Source: the human T2T-CHM13v2.0 reference genome, Homo sapiens
Strand: one strand, 5' to 3'
Length of the DNA stretch: 64,000 bases
Assembly: GCF_009914755.1 (NCBI RefSeq)
Contig: NC_060936.1
Made by a program: the position numbers and the translations under genes. Position 1 is the stretch's first letter, and the number at the start of each line of letters is the position of its first letter. The notes below the pieces were generated by a model. The model did not search any database. It saw nothing but the letters and a program-made list of their open reading frames with translations, and was not told the DNA's origin. This document shows positions 59,908 to 64,000 of the stretch, piece by piece.

Positions 59908-60509
59908 TTCTGTTACCAGTTTTTAGTTAGTGAATTTAAACAAAAATAGTCATATCATGTTTTTATAAACTATAAATTTACACAAGCTTGTGATGAATTC
60001 TTAATATACTTATTTTAGTCTGACCGGAAGTGAATTTCAATTAATTTTCAACTGCTGTAATCAAATTTCATTTTATCTTTTATTCTCTTCTTCCAGCCAT
60101 AAGAAATAGGGATTACATTTCTTGTCAAGTATTCTAATATTTAAAATGTTAAATATTAAGTTGGCCTTTAAAGAATGTTATCAGTTTGTTACTTCGGGTT
60201 CATTTTATATATTAGAGAAGCATACATTGAGAGATAAAATATAAGGAGGAATATTTTTTCTTTTAGTGGGTAAGGATAATATATATAGCAGATTTTGAGC
60301 TAATCTCTCACTGACAAAGCAAATCATAAATCTCGGAATTGGTCTGGATCTTAAAAGTCATGTAATCCAGCCCTTTAAACTATGCTTGGCAATGGCCATT
60401 TCTCCTTGTCTGCACTGAAAGGAACTTACTACCTCCTGAGAGAGTCCATCCCATAAGCTCTTTCTATAATCCCAGATATAAAATATTAACAAAGAAGACA
60501 ACTTCCCAG

Positions 60510-62560
60510 AGGAGATCATTTCTGACCTGCATTCTAGGCTTTATAGGAAGTAGAGCAGTTAGTTGAGTTATGGAGAAGGAAGGAAGGTTATCCCAGGCAG
60601 AGGGTTCAGCATGAGCATAGAAAATGCAACTGCTTAGTGTTCATGGAAACAGAGTGAAAGGATGGGAGTGGTGAGGGAGGAGAGGGAAGTATGGGTCAAA
60701 TTAATTCATGCCTTGTATACCATGTTAGGGAGCTTGGATTTTATATTACGGGAGAATTGTGATTATTGAAAGTTTTTTTAAGTGAAGGGGTGACTTGATT
60801 TGACCACATAGGATTTTAGTCAGATCTATTGGCTCTGTGGTGGATGCATTTGAGATGGAAAAGGTTGAAGTAAGACAGGCCAGTTAAGAGGGCATCGCAA
60901 TAGGTCTTATCAAAAGACAGTGAGAACCTAAATTATGAGAGAAGAGTTTGGATGTAAGGACATAAAATGATAGGACAATTGATTGAAATGGAAGGTGTGT
61001 AGGAGTAGATTTAGGGATGGGATAGGTCAAGTTGCAAATAGTGGCATATTGTATGTTGGGGCAGAGGGTAGGGATTTTGGCTTTGTTTTTGTCTACTGAG
61101 TTTGATTTCCTGGTAGGATATCTAAGACTATAGTGGGCAGCTGACTTCCAGTGTGAAGCTCAGGAGGAAAAATTTCTACTGGAGATATGGGATGTTGAAA
61201 CCATGGGAGAGGATGAGATCATATAGTGATATGATGAAGACAAGGACTGAGGACAGACCATGGCACATCATTATTTATGGGGTAATTGGAAGAAGGGATG
61301 CCCAAAATGGTGACTGAGAAAAATCAGGAAAATAGAAAAAGAATGGCATATTTGGTGTTAGGGAACCCAAGGAAGTAGTATCAAAAGAGACGGAGAACAA
61401 CTGTTAGGTCAGATGCAGCCAGGATGTCTTGCCAGTTAAAGACCAATATATTTATTCCGGATTTGGGAGTGGTGGAGGTCAATGCATTTGCCAGAACAAC
61501 TTCAGTGGAATGTTTGCATGGCAAGTAAGATCTCGGTAAGTGGGTGTGATAAAGATTACTCTTTCTTGAAGTCTAGATGAGAAAACAAGGAGAATGGGTG
61601 GAAGTTCAAGGACATTGTTTTTAGGATCAACTTAAGAGGCCTCAGAGGTGGAGAAAAAAGAATGAGGAGAGAGGGAGAGATCAGATATACAAAGGAGTGA
61701 AAGGATGGCTGGACCAAGTCCCCCAAGAGAGGAGGGGGTGTGGTTTTAAAAAGGCACAGGTAGGGTCTTCTTTGGGAGGAGTGCTCCATCCTTTGAGGAA
61801 TAAGGGAAGGAAGTTAGGATAGTCATGAAGGTAGATAAGTAGATGAATGTGAGCAGGTAGGAAGTTGAGGGAAAATAATGTTTGATGACAAGGATGTCTT
61901 CTTGAGGTTGAGACCAAAGTCATATTCTAAGAGTGAAAAGGGCTTAGTGGGAGCTTTGAGATGAAATTTGAAATAGATATTAAGGAGAACAGGAAAGAGA
62001 ATTGACAAGGATAGGGAAAGGCATTGATGCATTAATGTGCAGTGCTGTGATAGCAACTAAACTCTGGATCATGATTGTGTAGTGGCTTCTCAACTGTGTT
62101 GTGCAACTTTTTTCCACAGTAGTCAAAATTGGAGAAAACGAACTGTAGCTGTACATCAGAGTTGGGTGTTTGCTGGGGATGTGTAAGACAAATATAGGGT
62201 ATACAGAAATGTATGTGGTGTTGATGAAAAGGCTGATAAGGAAGCAGGAGCTTCTCGCCAAATAGGAGGGAACAGAATTTAGGAGGTGGCTTATAGATGG
62301 GGAGAAAGTTGGGGAGGAGAGCAGCTTAAAGAACTGAAGGGCTCAGAGGGCAAGTATAATAGGACCTAGATGTAGAAAGATAGGATTCCATACAGTGGAA
62401 TATTATTTGTTCATTTATTTGTATAGCCTTTTTTTTTAAAATCCACTGGACAAATAACTTAAGACATACTGTGTGCCAGGTACTATGCCATGAGGACATA
62501 GTGGTAAAGAAGATCAATCTGGTCTCTACTGTGCTACAGTTTATAGACAGGTGTAGCACA
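60510..62560 (-). mobile_element. Long decayed L2 region
   Basis: ccaggcagagggttcagcatgagc, gggagcttggattttatatt, gaagctcaggagga, actgtgtgccaggtactatgc; boundaries approximate. Confidence 0.65.
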
Positions 62561-62600
62561 CATATAGTAGACAAAAAGTATACATATCTTTGGGTCTCAG

Positions 62601-62923
62601 TGTTATAGACCACAGGCTTTTAGGCTCCCGTGTAATAGAAATTTACATAAGGCCAAGTAGATTAGCCAGACAAGGCTTTATTTTGCGGCTTGTGCTCAAG
62701 CTCAAGGGAGACAGTGGAGGTAAAAGAATTCTCTGTCTGGCTCCCTGAAAAGAGCCCGTAGGGATTTTTTATTAGGCAATGTGCAGGAACTGACATCAGG
62801 GGGAGGGTGTGCAGGCTGGGCTGGGTAGAGCATGTGAGGGCTGGGGTATGCAGGACAGCATATCTAGTTGTGATGGTTTGAGGTAATGGGCCACCTAGTG
62901 GTCTGGCTGGGGGCAACAAGGCT
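62601..62923 (-). mobile_element. MER54-like ERVL LTR, truncated
   Basis: tgttatagaccacagg terminus; AATAAA on minus (ctttatt); gacatcaggggg...gcaggctgggctggg...gggccacctagtggtctggc. Confidence 0.65.
62890..62901 (-). promoter_or_regulatory. Strong CTCF core motif within the LTR
   Basis: Reverse complement CCACTAGGTGGC. Confidence 0.5.
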
Positions 62924-62986
62924 ATATTATATATTATTATATATTATATATTATATTATATATTTATTATATTTAATATATATATT
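62924..62986. repeat. (TA)-rich simple repeat
   Basis: Direct reading. Confidence 0.9.
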
Positions 62987-62999
62987 AGCTAATCCTAAG

Positions 63000-63830
<831 letters not shown>

Positions 63831-63945
63831 TATGTGGAATGCCTGCTATGCTGATTTTTTGACTATTATATCTTTTGACTCCAACAAACCAAATATACTC
63901 CTTTAAGTAGCTGCAGATTCTATTTGTTTCTTGTATATATGGGTG

Positions 63946-63985
63946 GGCCAAATCATATATAGGTTGGCCAAATCATATATAGGTT
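63946..63985. repeat. Perfect 20-bp tandem duplication
   Basis: ggccaaatcatatataggtt twice. Confidence 0.97.
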
Positions 63986-64000
63986 TTAGAGCAGAAGACT

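Overview
This is primate (human-like), AT-rich, CpG-depleted nuclear DNA with no recognisable intact host protein-coding exon. It is most consistent with the interior of a large intron, probably of a + strand gene, though an intergenic origin is not excluded. It is dominated by interspersed repeats: about 24 Alus (many with readable TSDs), one full-length dead L1PA3-like element (31204-37224), a 635-bp young antisense L1 3' fragment, older L1M/L2/MIR pieces, several solo LTRs (ERV1-type, MER68/MER21-like, LTR33, MLT1, MLT2A, MER54-like) and hAT MITEs (MER33, MER1B). Nearly all longer ORFs in the track derive from Alu or L1. I see no evidence of a new multi-gene system. The most noteworthy items are: a 35-nt 3'-truncated U2 snRNA retrocopy with TSDs; an Alu+L1 composite inside a single TSD, whose L1 has the ZNF93-escape deletion and an open ORF0; a unique segment at 12.3-12.6 kb with exon-like features and an in-frame 33-bp duplication differing mostly at synonymous sites; a candidate TATA-driven mini first exon at about 50.2 kb; a palindromic repair-like scar at 23.05 kb; and a 95-bp dispersed duplication. 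Repeat subfamily names come from remembered consensus sequences and need RepeatMasker/Dfam confirmation.
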